In this document: positions 46,614 through 61,660 of the stretch, one piece after another | Numbering within the stretch: position 1 is the stretch's first letter | Layout: every line of letters begins with the position of its first letter | Assembly (NCBI RefSeq): GCF_009914755.1 | Contig: NC_060938.1 | Source: the human T2T-CHM13v2.0 reference genome, Homo sapiens | Length of the DNA stretch: 64,000 nt | Strand: one strand, 5' to 3' | Made by a program: the position numbers and the translations under genes | The notes under the pieces: model-generated | Seen by the model: only the letters and a program-made list of their open reading frames with translations | What the model was told of the DNA's origin: nothing | Databases searched by the model: none

Positions 46614-46653
46614 TCCAAATGTGGCATCAACGATCCAAATGTGGCATCAACGA
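46614..46653. repeat. Perfect 20-bp tandem duplication (tccaaatgtggcatcaacga x2)
   Basis: Read directly. Confidence 0.95.
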
Positions 46654-48625
46654 ATGGATTTAATTTCTCCCACTGCCAAGCTGAGGGCCTTCCTGAATCT
46701 CTGAAAACTAAAGGCTCAGGGCCTCGAAGAGGTCATGTCTCTCTTCCCAGGGAGTTGTTGACATAATATTTTTTTCAATTATTCTGCAAGGGCTACAGCC
46801 CAGCATAGCCCACTGGGAGGGTGAAAATCTTGTTTTTGAATTTCTAATCAATATTTCTTCTCACCTTCTGGGGGGCCTCCTCTGGGAGGCTCCATCAGTT
46901 CTTGTTAGAGGGCAGCTGGCCTCACTGCGTGAACACTGCCTGGTAATGTTGTGATCCCAGAGCTGACTTTGGTGGAGTTCAGTGACGAGCTGTATCATGC
47001 GAAGTGCAGCCTTATCCAGGACGCTTCCCTACTCACCAAGAGCTGTAACTGAGGAGGCCACTAGATCCATTAAAAGGAAACAAAGACAGGAAGCCTCCCT
47101 ATTTCCAAGGGCTCTGGCAATGCCTCTAGTCAAATTCCCTGTCCTGCCCACCTCCCCAGTAGGAGGGATTCACTGGGCAGTTGTCATCTCATGAATATTT
47201 CTTGCATGAAATTCATTAAACTTCAGATTCCTCAAGGTAAACAGCAAATGGGGAATGAGAGTTTCCTGCCTGGAAGACGCTGAGGTTAAACATGGAGCAA
47301 TAAAGCCATTTACCGATTCAAACTTTTCTTTCTTGTTTCTTTGGCTTTTGCTCAAGACTTCCATATGCCTAATGCAAGATGTGGGGATGTGGGGATTCGG
47401 GGTGGGTGGTGTGTGTGTGTGAAGGTCTAGGGAGGGAATATAGGGTGGGACAAGTTGGCAGGTCCTGGCTCCTCTTTTATTACAACCCCAAGACTAATTT
47501 GAGGCACTTCATGGGGAGCCATTAGTAGACAAAGCTGCCCCTAGGTCTTCAGCTTCTCTCTGAAGCAGGGGCTGAAAGTTTGCCTACAGGTAACTGATCA
47601 AAAGGAACAGACCAACACTGCCAGGGTGTGGCATGGATGTCAGGCTGACTCCTGCCGGCACCCTCAGATTTACAGGATGAGGGCTGGACTGTCGTCTTGT
47701 CCTGGACCCTGAAGCTGCTTTCCAGTGTCTAAGGCAGTGCTTAAGGTACCTCACTGCTACACAGCTGCGAGATGTGTGGCAAGTAATTTCTTATAACATT
47801 TATAATGAAATTTGTTGATTGTTTACTTAAGAAATAAAATGTTTTCCTTATTGTCCCTAGAATATTGCCCCTGACATTTGCCCGCATTTGAATATGCTTT
47901 CTGGTATAGGAGAGGGCAGTCGAGTTATAGTTAGCATACTAGGAGTACGACGTGTGTGAGTAGCATCTGTTGGACAGTAAGGCCTAATGATCCATGATAG
48001 GTATTTCACCATTCACCATGCAGGATATTGAAAAGGCTAAAACAACCACAAATGCAACTATTTGTTGCATGGGCAAAGACAGGCAAAGGCTGAACATGGT
48101 AAGGGGATTCTGTCTCTTATCCCAACTCTGATTGGTGGAGGCTCCTGTAGAGAGGCATTTTGGGGCTGTGTCTGGGCTTAATGAGCAAGCACATTATGAT
48201 CTATTGATGAGGATGGTGGTCACCCTCATGTATTTGACATAAACATAAGCAAAGTGTAGGGTGGAGTTTCCTAATCAACTCCATTTCCACTTGCCCTAGT
48301 CCCTTTTCTTAAACTGCTCCCCCAGGAAGAGACAAACAACAGGGAGACTCACAGGTATCCATCTCTGTCTCCACCAGCCCAGGAGTAAGAATTTCCATGA
48401 ACCTTTGCCCCCTGTGCACTGCGGCAAGCATGACAAGAGCCTCTCAGGCAACAAGGCAAGTCCTTAGTATCCCTTCCTCCCCATCTCCCTCCCACCTCTT
48501 GTGGTCCTTTGTTGAAATTAAAGCCTAGGAACAGGCATATCTTCTCTGGAGCTGTAAAATCCTGAGGAAAGTTCAGTAGTGGCACCAGTGACAGTTGTGC
48601 CAGGCTTGGGGAAGACATTTTGGTT

Positions 48626-48646
48626 TATATATATATATATATATAT
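48626..48646. repeat. (TA)10 microsatellite
   Basis: Read directly. Confidence 0.9.
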
Positions 48647-49034
48647 CACATACAAATTATATGTTCATATTTTAGCTCCAGACTTTCTTTGGTAAATGCC
48701 CACAGAGATAAGTAGAAGGACAGGGAGTGATAAATTGCTTCAAATACTCAAAAACCTCCAAATTCCTCATCAGATGAAAGGCAAATTAAAGATCCTTGAC
48801 AGGTTAAAATGCAAGTGTTTGGGGTTTCTCCACTGGAGCAAATGAATTTCCAGTTTAATAACTGTCTTAGAATTCCCCCTGCTACTCTATACTGTGATCC
48901 TTTCAACAACATAAGCTTATTCTTGGTATGTGTCATGAGTTTTAAATATGATAGTGGCTTTTAATTAAATCCTTGTTTATCATGCAGTTAATGGGCTAAA
49001 ACTAATGACCAAAGGAAAAACAGGCTTTCAGTGA

Positions 49035-49066
49035 TTTTCTCGCCTATCATAGGATAGGCGAGAAAA
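49035..49066. repeat. Perfect 14-bp inverted repeat with 4-nt spacer
   Basis: ttttctcgcctatc-atag-gataggcgagaaaa. Confidence 0.95.
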
Positions 49067-50014
49067 ACAGTAAAGTTATTTACTTGAGGGTGAGTCCGTA
49101 TAAATGCCATTTCCCCTATTTGTTCTTCTACGTGAGTTCTGGAATGATTCGCGACAGCCAATCACTCTGCCTGGGTACATCAAGAAATTACTATAGATCC
49201 GTCCGCAGGAGCTGAGAGATTCAACATCTCCCTTTAGCCAAGAGCTGCTGCTAGGTCTGGGCATGCCACCATCTGCCATGCAATCCTTGAAATTTGAGAT
49301 GACAAATCACCAGGGTCACCTTTCTCTCTTTTCTCTTTTTCAGTGATGGAAATAGAATTAAAGTGTTTACTTTAAGAACTTTGAGCACATACCTGCTAAA
49401 TGCACAGTCACTAGCCTGATTTACCTGGCCTCATTTCTGTATGTGTCTGCCTTCTGCACCCTTCCGCGTCATTGACCCCTCCTCATTCCCAATTTCTAAA
49501 TACTGAATAGGATTTTGAATGTCGTGAGCACTGAATTACCTTCTCTGCAGTAATGCTGTGTGACCTTGGGATGGTCACTCAATCACTTGGTATTTCATTT
49601 TTGCTTCCAGCTATAAAACAGGGATAATAATACTGTTCTTGAACAACCAAAATGAGGTGTTCTGACAATCAGTTATGGAAGTGAATGTTTAAAATGAAAG
49701 GAAGAAGCCACAAGTTCCTGACTCTCTTGGATATTCCTGGATGTAATCCCCTGAGTCCTGGGCAGGAAGGTGCCGCATAGACACAAGGTAGATGGTGGGG
49801 ATGCTTATGGTCATTAGCATGGGTACACAGAAAACTCATTGACTCCAGGGCACTGTAGTGAGAATGCACTAGAAGTAGAGTTCCCAAGTTGACTGTCATG
49901 GCCATCAAAATGTTTCTAATTTTCCTTACTTAATCCAAGCCAGCAATCTCAAATTTCTTCGTTGGTCATGGAGGAGGGAGATATGATTCAGTCTTGAGGA
50001 TTTTTGAAGCCTCT

Positions 50015-50785
<771 letters not shown>

Positions 50786-51684
50786 GTCTGCATCTATCTG
50801 CTGCCTCTGAGGCAAAAGCTTTGAGCAGGAGACACAGCCCAGGTCTCCCAGTCAGAAGGCCTGGGTCTGAGCCCTGGGTCCATTTCTGTCTAACTGGGGG
50901 CTCACTTAGTTTCTATGAGTTACCACCCCCCCAACTTCATTAAAAAGAGATAATAATTTCCCATATGGTTGACGGGAGTGGGAATTAAATGAAATAACAA
51001 ATGTCAGGATGTTTTGTAAACTGTAAAGCGCTGTGCAAATGCCAGGTATTAATATTCAGTGGTTCCAGGCACTTCTTTTACTTAGCATTTCTAACATCAA
51101 GCCAGTAATGACAGAGATGGGGAAAAAAAAAACAACAATCTGGAGGCCAGATGCTTTGTGTGCAAGAAACAGGAGGAGAAAAGTACATTTGTGGCTTGAA
51201 TTATGGAACATTCATGTGTGTGGTTAAGGATGTAATGAAATCAGATAGATCTGGGTAAAAATCCTTTCTTCTGCTGAGCGTTTCTGGCAAGTTTTTAAAA
51301 CTCTCTGAACCTTAGTTTGTTCACCTGGAAAATGGGAATTCTAGCTATCTCATAGTGTTACTGGTAAAGATTAAATAATACTTATGCCTATGCCCACACA
51401 AAGGGTTTAAGGGCCATGTTTGGATACTTTTCCAAACCCATTGTTTTTTTTAGCAATCTGAGATGGAGCAAATGATAGAGAAAAAAAGAGTACAAGAATT
51501 GTAGAATTTCTTCATGAGTTGCAGGTCCAGAAGCTTTAATTTTCAACAATGTGTTTCAGATAAGTTTTACCAAGAATATCTGTAGTGCCCCTGATGAGCT
51601 TGACCTTCCTTCCGGTGGGCTGGAGAAAGCTTAAAGCTCTCATGATGCCACTGGTAACCTCACCACACCCTAATTCACATTGCC

Positions 51685-51870
51685 ATCCACGATCGTAGCC
51701 ACTAGTCACATGTGGATATTTAAGCTTAAATTAACTAAAGCAAAATTTAAAATTCAGTTTCTTAGTTGCACTAGTCACATTTCAGATGCTCAGTAGCCAC
51801 ATGTGGCTAGTGGCTACCACAGAATTGGAGAACATTTCCTTTATTATGCAAATGTCATTGGACAGCACCG
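51685..51870. mobile_element. MER3-like hAT MITE
   Basis: gtagccactagtcacatgtgg...tagccacatgtggctagtggctacc..ttggacagcac. Confidence 0.8.
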
Positions 51871-51904
51871 TGACTCTGTCTGTGAAGGGCTAAATCTGCC
51901 CTGA

Positions 51905-52242
<338 letters not shown>

Positions 52243-52670
52243 TAATTATATAAAACGAGGCAACAAACAACCTGGGATCTACCCTTCCGACACCCTCCAA
52301 CCTTCCCCACTAACCCTTCTAAATCTTAGCAGGCTCCAGGTATGGAAAGTGCCCACTCAAGGCCTGTTTGCACAGAGCATTGAGCGTGTCTCCAGTGCCC
52401 CCAACACCGTTCCTGGACCTCATGATGATTCTCAAGGGATGGTCAATGCAAGAAAAAGGAGCATTCTTTCTGTCAAATCCTGTTCTTCCTCTTCTACTCC
52501 TACCCATTTCTTCACAACGTCTCTGATTATTCTCCCAGGGTGGAGCTTCGTCCCCATCCTCTGTAATCTCCCCTACTTCTGGATTTATCTAATTAGAATT
52601 TAAATTAGGAAAGGATTGTAGGAAAAGTGGTGATTTCGGTGTGCCTTTTCTCTTTGTGTGTTTCACGGTA

Positions 52671-53654
<984 letters not shown>

Positions 53655-53672
53655 ACCTACTTCCTTTGATAG

Positions 53673-54454
53673 TGTTACCGGGGGTCCTTGCTCACAGAGC
53701 TCCCAAGATGGTGGCGAGCATCTTCCAAGATGGTGGCGGGCCACTTCCAAGATGGTGGCAAGCCTTGTGTTCTCTGACTTGGGGTTCTTGGCCTCATGGA
53801 TTCCAAGGAATGGAATCTTGGGCCATGCAGTGAGTGTTATAGCTCTATTAGAAGCCGTGGGTCACGGAAGAGAACCGTGGAAGCCAGTGACTAGTGTTCA
53901 GCTCGATTAGGATGGACCCGGGCACTTAGCCGTGCAGGGACAATAGCAAGCCTTTAGCCCTATCAGGAGCGGCAATGGGCACCTCGCTGAATCAGGAGCA
54001 CAGCGGACACCCTGCCGGATCCGGAGGGTTGGGAGTCAGCGGCAGGTCTGTGATGGTGGCAAACAGCAGTGGTGGACAGCGAGTGAACTCGAGCTGTAAC
54101 AAACATGGACCAGAAGAGTGCAGTTGCAAGATTTAATAGCGTGAAATAGAGTGAAAACAGAGCTCCCATAAAAGAGGAGGGGACCCAAAGGGGGTTGCCG
54201 TTGCCAGCTCAAATGCCTGGGTTTATATCCCGATCCTTGTCCCTTCCACTGTGCTCTCGGGCAGCAGATGATTGGCTATTTCTTTACCTCCTGTTTTTGC
54301 CTAATTATCATTTTAGTGAGCTCTCCTTACTATCTGATTGGTTGCGTGTGAGCTAAGTTGCAAGCCCCGTGTTTAAAGGTGTAAGTGGTCACCCTCCCAG
54401 CTAGGCTTAGGGATTCTTAGTTGGCCTAGGAAATCCAGCTAGTCCTGTCTCTCA
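53673..54454 (-). mobile_element. Solo LTR17 (HERV-W LTR), complete, 782 bp
   Basis: Reverse complement starts TGAGAGACAGGACTAGCTGGATTTCCTAGGCC; TG...CA ends; perfect 4-bp TSD atag (53669-53672, 54455-54458). Confidence 0.95.
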
Positions 54455-55215
54455 ATAGGGCTATAACACTGGTCTTATTTGCACAGTCTCATTAAGCTGG
54501 TAGAATGGGGGGTCACAAACCCAGCAGGTCTGATTTGAAGGATTTCTCAGCAAAGCATTCACCATGCCTCAGTTTCTCCTTTATAAGATGGTAATGCCAC
54601 TTCTCACCACTCATCACTTTCCATACATACTGGAAGCACTATAAAGAAGAGGCTTATAATATCACTCTTACCAACTAAGAAGCTTAAAATCTCTTTCAAG
54701 ATGCTTTTCATCTGCTTTCCTTTTCTCAACATATTCTTGGAAGAGATAAACTTCTCTCTCACTTAACTTCTGTGTTTTCTAGAACTAATGAACTAATTTC
54801 CATTCATTCCAAAGACATCTTTGTATATACAAGATATGGGTCATTGGAAGGGAGGAAGAAACTATAACTTAGAGAAAGCTGTTCCCTATTACTTCCTAAA
54901 TATGAAGATTTATTAGTTAAGTAATGCTAGCTGTTGTAACAGACGAATTCCCAAATATCAGTGGTTTAACACAACGGAAGTTTATTTTTTGCTCACACCT
55001 GGTGTTTCATGAGAGGCTTTCCATGATCAGTCTTGCATACACAAAAGAACCTTCTTTAGTGTCTCTACCTGTTAGATCTTCTAATAGGCCAGCACATTGG
55101 ATAAGAGAGAATGAAGGCTGGAGCAGAAGGTTTATGCAGGTGAGGCTGGAAGTAAGGCACAGCACCTCTTCCTTGCTGAACACACTTTCTGCTGTCCCAC
55201 TACATGGGGACTTGC

Positions 55216-55859
55216 TGCGATAGGAGGTATTAAAAATTGTTCTAGGCAGATAGGAAAAGCGGTCCTTGGAAAGTTTTCATCTCTTTTAAAGCAGCTCCAG
55301 AAACATTTCTTGTCTAGCAGGAAAGCCCTGGCTCTTAGAGCTGGGCAGGCAATCTTTCATATGCAAATGTTGGCCATTAGAAACTGGGTCCACCCCAACA
55401 AGAGGATTCCTGCTGCCTGCCTCCTTCTTCCCCTTGCCCCACATGTTCCTGGCAACATGGCTGCCCCCACATATCCCCACGTGTGTAGAACATTATGGCG
55501 CCCTGTATTTGCATATTAAAAGGCTAGGGTGGGAGAGTCAGTTTTTTCAAGGGCTACGTGAATGACATGCCTGGTCAAACCAATCCTCTGAGCCCTATGC
55601 AAATCAGATACTGCTTCCTCCAGCCTCTCCATATACCTGGCTGGTTTCTGCGTACTTGGGGTCCCCTCTCTCGCTTTGGAGCCGCCCCCTACCCCCCCCA
55701 TCTCTGTACAGGGGAGCTGCTGCTTTCTTTCTTTTCCCTTCTTTCTTACCTATTAAACTCTCCAGTCCTTAAAACGACTCCACGTGTGTCCGTGTTATTT
55801 TATCTAATTCGACTTGAGACGAAGAACCCTGGTGTTCTTCCACTCATGGAGTTGCATCA
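55216..55859 (+). mobile_element. MER50-type solo LTR inserted in an older MLT1 fragment (from about 54910)
   Basis: gataggaggtattaa..taggcagatag..., atttgcatattaaaaggctagggtgggag; TG...CA ends; TSD ttgc/ttgc. Confidence 0.85.
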
Positions 55860-58800
55860 TTGCTATGGCAAAGTCTGGCTTTCATGCACAGGCTTCCTCT
55901 TTTGCCAGCACAAGGGCTGGGAGGGCTTGTAAAACCCCAACAACCTCAATGTTTGTTGCTCATTTAGACCAGAACTTCAAGTCTTAGCTGGGTGGAGTTA
56001 GTAAGATCCACAATTACTGATGAAGCTCCTTATCTCCACAAGAGAATCCTGGCTAAAGAGGATGCAGGGTCTCCGGCCAAGCACAGAGACCCCATCCTAG
56101 ATTTCATTTCTCTGTTGATAAAGTGATCATTAGGATCTGTGAGTTTGGAGAGACACCTTCTTCAGTGAGCCACAATAATTCCTCCTGAAAACTGATCAGT
56201 GACATCTTTGCCAGCCAGAAGTACCTTCTGTAAAACTGAGGGAAAGGAGCCCCAAGTAACCCTCAGCTCTTTGAGTCCTCAAAGACCATCCCCCTACAGG
56301 ACCTTGGCCCCAGATATTTCATATCAGATCAGCTTTTCCTCCCCGCAGGATTCTCTCTAATCATCTCTCACCACCCAAGGCAGTGTCAGCTCAGGCAAAG
56401 CAAACTAATTTTAATCTAAGGACAAGTAAAAATATAATTAAGAAGGTAAATCTATTTCCCAAATAGCATACAGTTCTCTGTTGACTATGCATTTTTTAAA
56501 GTATCTGTAAAGACAAAAGACATTCATTCATCAATACAGATACAGCTGCTCATTTGTTTGTGGAGTTTGCAATTAAATACAATTGCTTGTTTTTAAGAAC
56601 CCAGCTTCTGCTGCCCAGTGAGATCTATTTTGGAGGGCAAGAGAGGAAAGAAGAATTCTAACTCAAACAGAGGGAGTTTGCAGAGGGAAACAAAACCCTG
56701 CGCAGGCACAGAATTCCTTTTAAATAGGAATGTTCATGAGAAAGACCTAGGATCTAAATTTTCCCCCAGGGTGGGGCTGCTTTTCGCTTGATGTTATCTC
56801 AGCACCTTCACTTCACTGATGAGGCCAACAGATCAAGATGAATAAGCTTTCTCAGTTGCCGTGTTATTTAAACCCACAAGCAGGCCCCTGCCCCTTCCTG
56901 GAAGGCTGCGGTGTAACACCTTAGCTGTCGCCTGGCGCGCTGCTGTATAAACACACCAGGCTCCAGATCCTTTATTTCAGCAGGTGATTCACAATGAAGG
57001 AGCGGGAGGCTGGGTCCCCAGAGCACGGAGTCCTTGCCTGTCCACCCCCCTTTTCTGGAGGGCGGGAAGCTCTTTAGTATGCCCTACTTAGCTCCAAATA
57101 CAAAGAAGGCCACTCTGTTTCCAAGAAGCCATTCAGTCATAATAGATATGGTTAGAATGATAGCCCAGAGGCTGTGGGTTAGGAAAACACATTTATTAGA
57201 GAAGGATCCCGTTCACAATAATTAAGTGACACAAATGAATGCAAGTTAATGAAATCTCAGTGGGATTGAATGTGCTCAATCACGGCCCCCACCCCCTGCC
57301 CTGGGCAGCAGTAGTAGAGCATGAAGACTCAGGAAGCACAATGGGACCCCATTCTTTGGTCCTGAAATTCTCCCCATCTCCTCCCAATGCTGATCTGAGA
57401 GGTAGACCTCTCAAACTCTCCTGGAAGGTGAATCCTGAAGGAGAGGGGTGCAAGGACCTGGATTGCTGCATTCTGTCCCCTTCTGGCGTGATTCTTGGAT
57501 GGTCTTTCTACACTTCAGCCTCAGGGTTTGCCAGATCCAGAATCCTCCCCAGGATATTTTGAAGAACACGAAGTGATTTTTAAAAAAGGCATTGAAACGA
57601 AAATAAAAAGCACTGAGGATGACTGCAATAATACACAATTTTATCATCCATCCATCCTTCCATCCATCCATTCAACAAAAACTTATTGGATATCTCCCTA
57701 TATCAGGCACTGGGGTTATAGCAGTCAATGATAATAATAATGATGGTGATGATAACAGCAATAAGAATAATAGAACTAACAGTTGCTCCTGATGTTTTCC
57801 AGGCACTGTTCTAAGTGCTTCACCTACATGCCACTCATTCATCCTCACAACAACCCAATACTACCCAGGACAAGTAAACAAGGCACAGACCCTTTTGGGA
57901 AAGAGCATGTAGCCCACAGGTGAGGCAAGACCTCTGCAGGGAGAAAGCCAGGAGCTGAGCGCATGTGGGAGCCCTAGCCCTCTGGAAGGCTTTGAAGGCC
58001 TCTGGAGGGAGTGGCACCAGCTGAGCTGAGGCAGGAGGAGGAATGGCCTGGAGCCCAGGAGAGTGCTTAGAGGGGACTGCAGAGACCATAGTCCCTCTGG
58101 CTGGAGTTTAGGGTAGTGGTAAGAGATGCTGCGGGGTGGAGAAGAGGCTGGGAAAGACTTCCTAAAGGAGGCGACAAGTGACCTAAATGATGTGTAGAGT
58201 TGGCCAGGCAAAGGGTTTGGGGCTGGGGAGGCTGAGAGCCCTGGGGGGTCGAAAGGGAGCTGGACCACAGGGTGCTCAGCCAATGGGTCCCATCAGGTGG
58301 TGGGGTCAAGAGAAGTGGCTGGGGGGTGGGAACACGCCCACCACACAGCTTTGAAGCTGCACGCAGGAAGCTGGATGTGATTCTGGAGAGCACTCTGGCT
58401 GCAGCGTGGATCATAAATCCCAGAGGGCTAAAGGGGCAGCGATGGTGGGGATGCGACTCCTAGGAGTCTGGGTGACTGTTGAGGGCCAGGGTGGTGGGAA
58501 GGAGGCAAAAGGGAGATGATGTGTGGGATAACCAGAAAGCAGGGCGGGGAGAGAATGGGGTCCAGGGCGACTTCTAGGAACCCAACAGATCTGCAGAGCG
58601 GTGGCAGGCACACCATTGTGAGGTCTGCAGCCTTCCTCTCTGAGTTCAGGTCACACTTCCCTGACTTCCCTTTACTTACAGGGGGAGGGCTTCTTCACCA
58701 AAGGGAAATGACTGCTGCCGTGGGCTGCTCTGCTCCTTCCCTGCTCCTTCCCTGCTGTCCCCCAACTCCAACTATACCCCACTGCCCACCTTGGTCCTTG

Positions 58801-59396
58801 GAGTCCAGCACATACCATTGGTAGGTGTCCACATAACTCTATAGCCACAGGGGGGCCACTTTCAGATATACATTCTACATGGCCAGGCTGGGGCTATGGC
58901 CCAGGTGGCTTCCTTAGGGCCCATTTGGCCGGGCTCAGTGTCTGAGCTTTATGCGCATGCTTCCAGATCTTCTCTGACATCAAGCCATGTCATCTGTGGG
59001 CTTTTCCTTCTATAAGAGATTCTTAATCTGGGGTCACAGGTTCCTTCAGGATCTAGGGAGTCCAGGGTCACCCTGGGATTATATCTAGAGTTTTATGTGA
59101 ATGTGAGGGGTTTTTGGGGAGAATGTTTATAGCTATCAGATGCTCTGAGGGATTTGTGATCCCCAAAAACTTAAGACCCATTGTTTTGGGCTCTGATTTT
59201 CAAGGTTAAAATTTTCCTGGCTAATTTTCCTTCTTATTCTCACCATCACCTCCCAATGCTAAAGCCCCTGGATAGCGTTCACCTCATCTCTTCACAGTAT
59301 TTCCAGGAATTCAAAATCAGCATTTGCCTTTTAAAGCCTGTCTCCATTTTGCCCTGAAAAGCCTCCACTATTCTGCATTATGTATTTTTAAATGCT

Positions 59397-59693
59397 TGGG
59401 TGGGCACAGTGGCTCATGACTGTAATCCCAGCATTTTGGGAGGTCCAGGTAGGGGAATCACTTGAGCTGAAGAGTTCGAGACCAACTTGGGCAAAATGCA
59501 AGACCCTGTCTTTATCAAAACTACAAAAAATTAGCCAGGTCTGGTGGCATGCACCTGGGGACCCGACTACTCGGGACACTGAGGTCAGAGGATTGCTTAA
59601 GTCTGAAAGGTGGAGGTTGCAGTGAGCCAAGATCATGCCACAACACCCTAGCCTGGTGACAGAGTTGAGACCTCATCTCAAAAATAAATAAAT
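59397..59693 (+). mobile_element. AluJ
   Basis: Diverged dimeric Alu with A-rich tail. Confidence 0.9.
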
Positions 59694-61113
59694 ACTCATT
59701 CTGCATATTTATATTTTATTGTATTAATAGAAAAAATTCTTATTATGGGTCCTTCTTCCTGCAGATCTCCATCACTTTTGAAGAGAGGCAAGCTTGCCAT
59801 GCTCTTGCCTGATTTCAGGCCTTCTGACTTGGTAGACCCTTGGGAATGACAGCGGCTAACATTGGCTGGGAGCTTGTTAAAAGTCAGGCATTATGCTAAG
59901 AACTTGTATTATCTCATTTAAAACCCTTAACAATGCCATGAAATAGACATTACTGTTATCCCAATTTTAAAATAAGAAAACGGGGCATAGAGAGTATAGC
60001 AGGAAGGACGTGGCCGACCCAGAACTGGAACTCAGGTGGCAGAGTTCCAGAGCCTCATGTTAGCCTCCCACCAATCCACTGATTCACTTCATCTGTTCAT
60101 TATTGGAGACGGTCACTGTCTAGCTTGCTCCCTAGCCTGGAATCAATAACTTGGAGTCAACATCATCTGAAGTCAGATCCTAACCCCTCTCACTGATGTC
60201 CCTTTTGGACAAGAGTTGTTCCACAGAGGAAGTGGTAGCTTTTGAATGATAGGAATACTGTAGCCAACATCAGTATCTCTTGTCCAGAGGTGATTTGAAT
60301 GGCCAAGGAAGGTTCTGCTACTTCTCAAATAGTTTCCTAACCTAGAATTTCCTAGTATCTGAAATTCCAGCATTAGAGATTAACTCCTTTGGATTGGTTT
60401 TGTCCTACCCCACCCCACCCCACCCCAACATACACTTGAGTCTCTTAAAAAGTAGGAATCACCTGGGCATATGAATCATGGAGGCCCGTCCACTATGGCA
60501 TTAGCCCTGAACGATTTTGAAATTAGAGGATGTTCAAAGAGGGAGGCAAATATGTAAAAGGATACTATTGAAGGTGTTGCCAAGGACCAGCCCTGCCTCT
60601 GCACCATATTGGAAGGAGTTTCATGGACTAGGCTCATCACGGGATCTTCTGATACTAACTCCTTAGTGCCTTGGCTTGTGCTTCTGCAGCTGAGAGAGAC
60701 TGAGGAAGGACCAGCCAGGACTGTCCAAGGCTCTTGGGGAGGAAGTTCTCTTGCCTTTCTCCTTTGTGAGGTTGGGGAGCAAGTGACCTGTCAGCTCTGG
60801 GAAGTCAGCCAGTGGCCTGACATTACCTGACATTAGAAAGATCAGCTCTGGCTTCTGAGAAAGGTGATCCTATGGTTATCACAGGGGCAACATTACCCCC
60901 GGGGGGTTGCAATGCAAGTGCATGTAACTAATGGTGTAAGGACAGATAGAACCCCAAGACACTTCCCCTGGGCACCAGTGTCAAACAGCAGCTTCTCCTT
61001 TTTTCCTGTGGGAGCATCTGGACTTTCATATGTAAGAGGCTTTAGTATGGGCTGCATTGTGTCCTTCCCCACCACCACCAGATTCATATGTCCTTATAAT
61101 AGAAGGAAATGTG

Positions 61114-61423
61114 GGCCGGGTATGGTGGCTCATGCCTGTAATCCCAGAACTTTGGGAGGCCGAGGCGGGCAGATCACTTGACGTCAGGAGTTTGAGACTA
61201 GCCTGGTCAACATGGTGAAGCCTCATCTCTACAAAAAATACAAAAATTAGCCGGGTGTGGTTGCGCATACCTATAGTCCCAGCTACTCAGGAGGCTGAGG
61301 CATGAGAATTGCTTGAACCTGGGAGGCGAAGGTTGCAGTGAGCCAGGATTGCGCCACTGCACTCCAGCCTGGGCGACACAGCAAGACTCCATCTCAAAAA
61401 TAAGTAAATAAATAAATAATAAA
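61114..61423 (+). mobile_element. AluSx-like
   Basis: Dimer with (TAAA)n tail; degenerate TSD aaggaaatgtg / aaggagatttg. Confidence 0.95.
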
Positions 61424-61660
61424 AGGAGATTTGGACACCAGAGAGACACCAGGGGTGTGCAGTCACAGAGGGAGACCATGTGAAAAGGCAGCAGGAGAGT
61501 GCCCTTCTGCAAGCCAGGAAGTACGGCCTTACCAGAAACCAACCCTGCTGGCATCTTGCTCTTGAACTTCCAGCTTCCAGAAGTATGAGAAAATGATTTT
61601 CTGTTGTTTAAGCCACCTGCTCTATGGGATCTTGTTATGGTAGCCAAGCTGATTAATGCA
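61424..61660 (+). mobile_element. MLT1B-type LTR 3' half
   Basis: tctgcaagccagg..accagaaaccaaccctgctggcatcttg..cttccagcttccagaa..tttctgttgtttaagccac. Confidence 0.8.

Noticed and set aside
57835-58824. Cluster of ORFs in a GC-richer stretch
   Set aside because: They overlap MIR/L2-like remnants, occur on both strands and show no recognisable domain.
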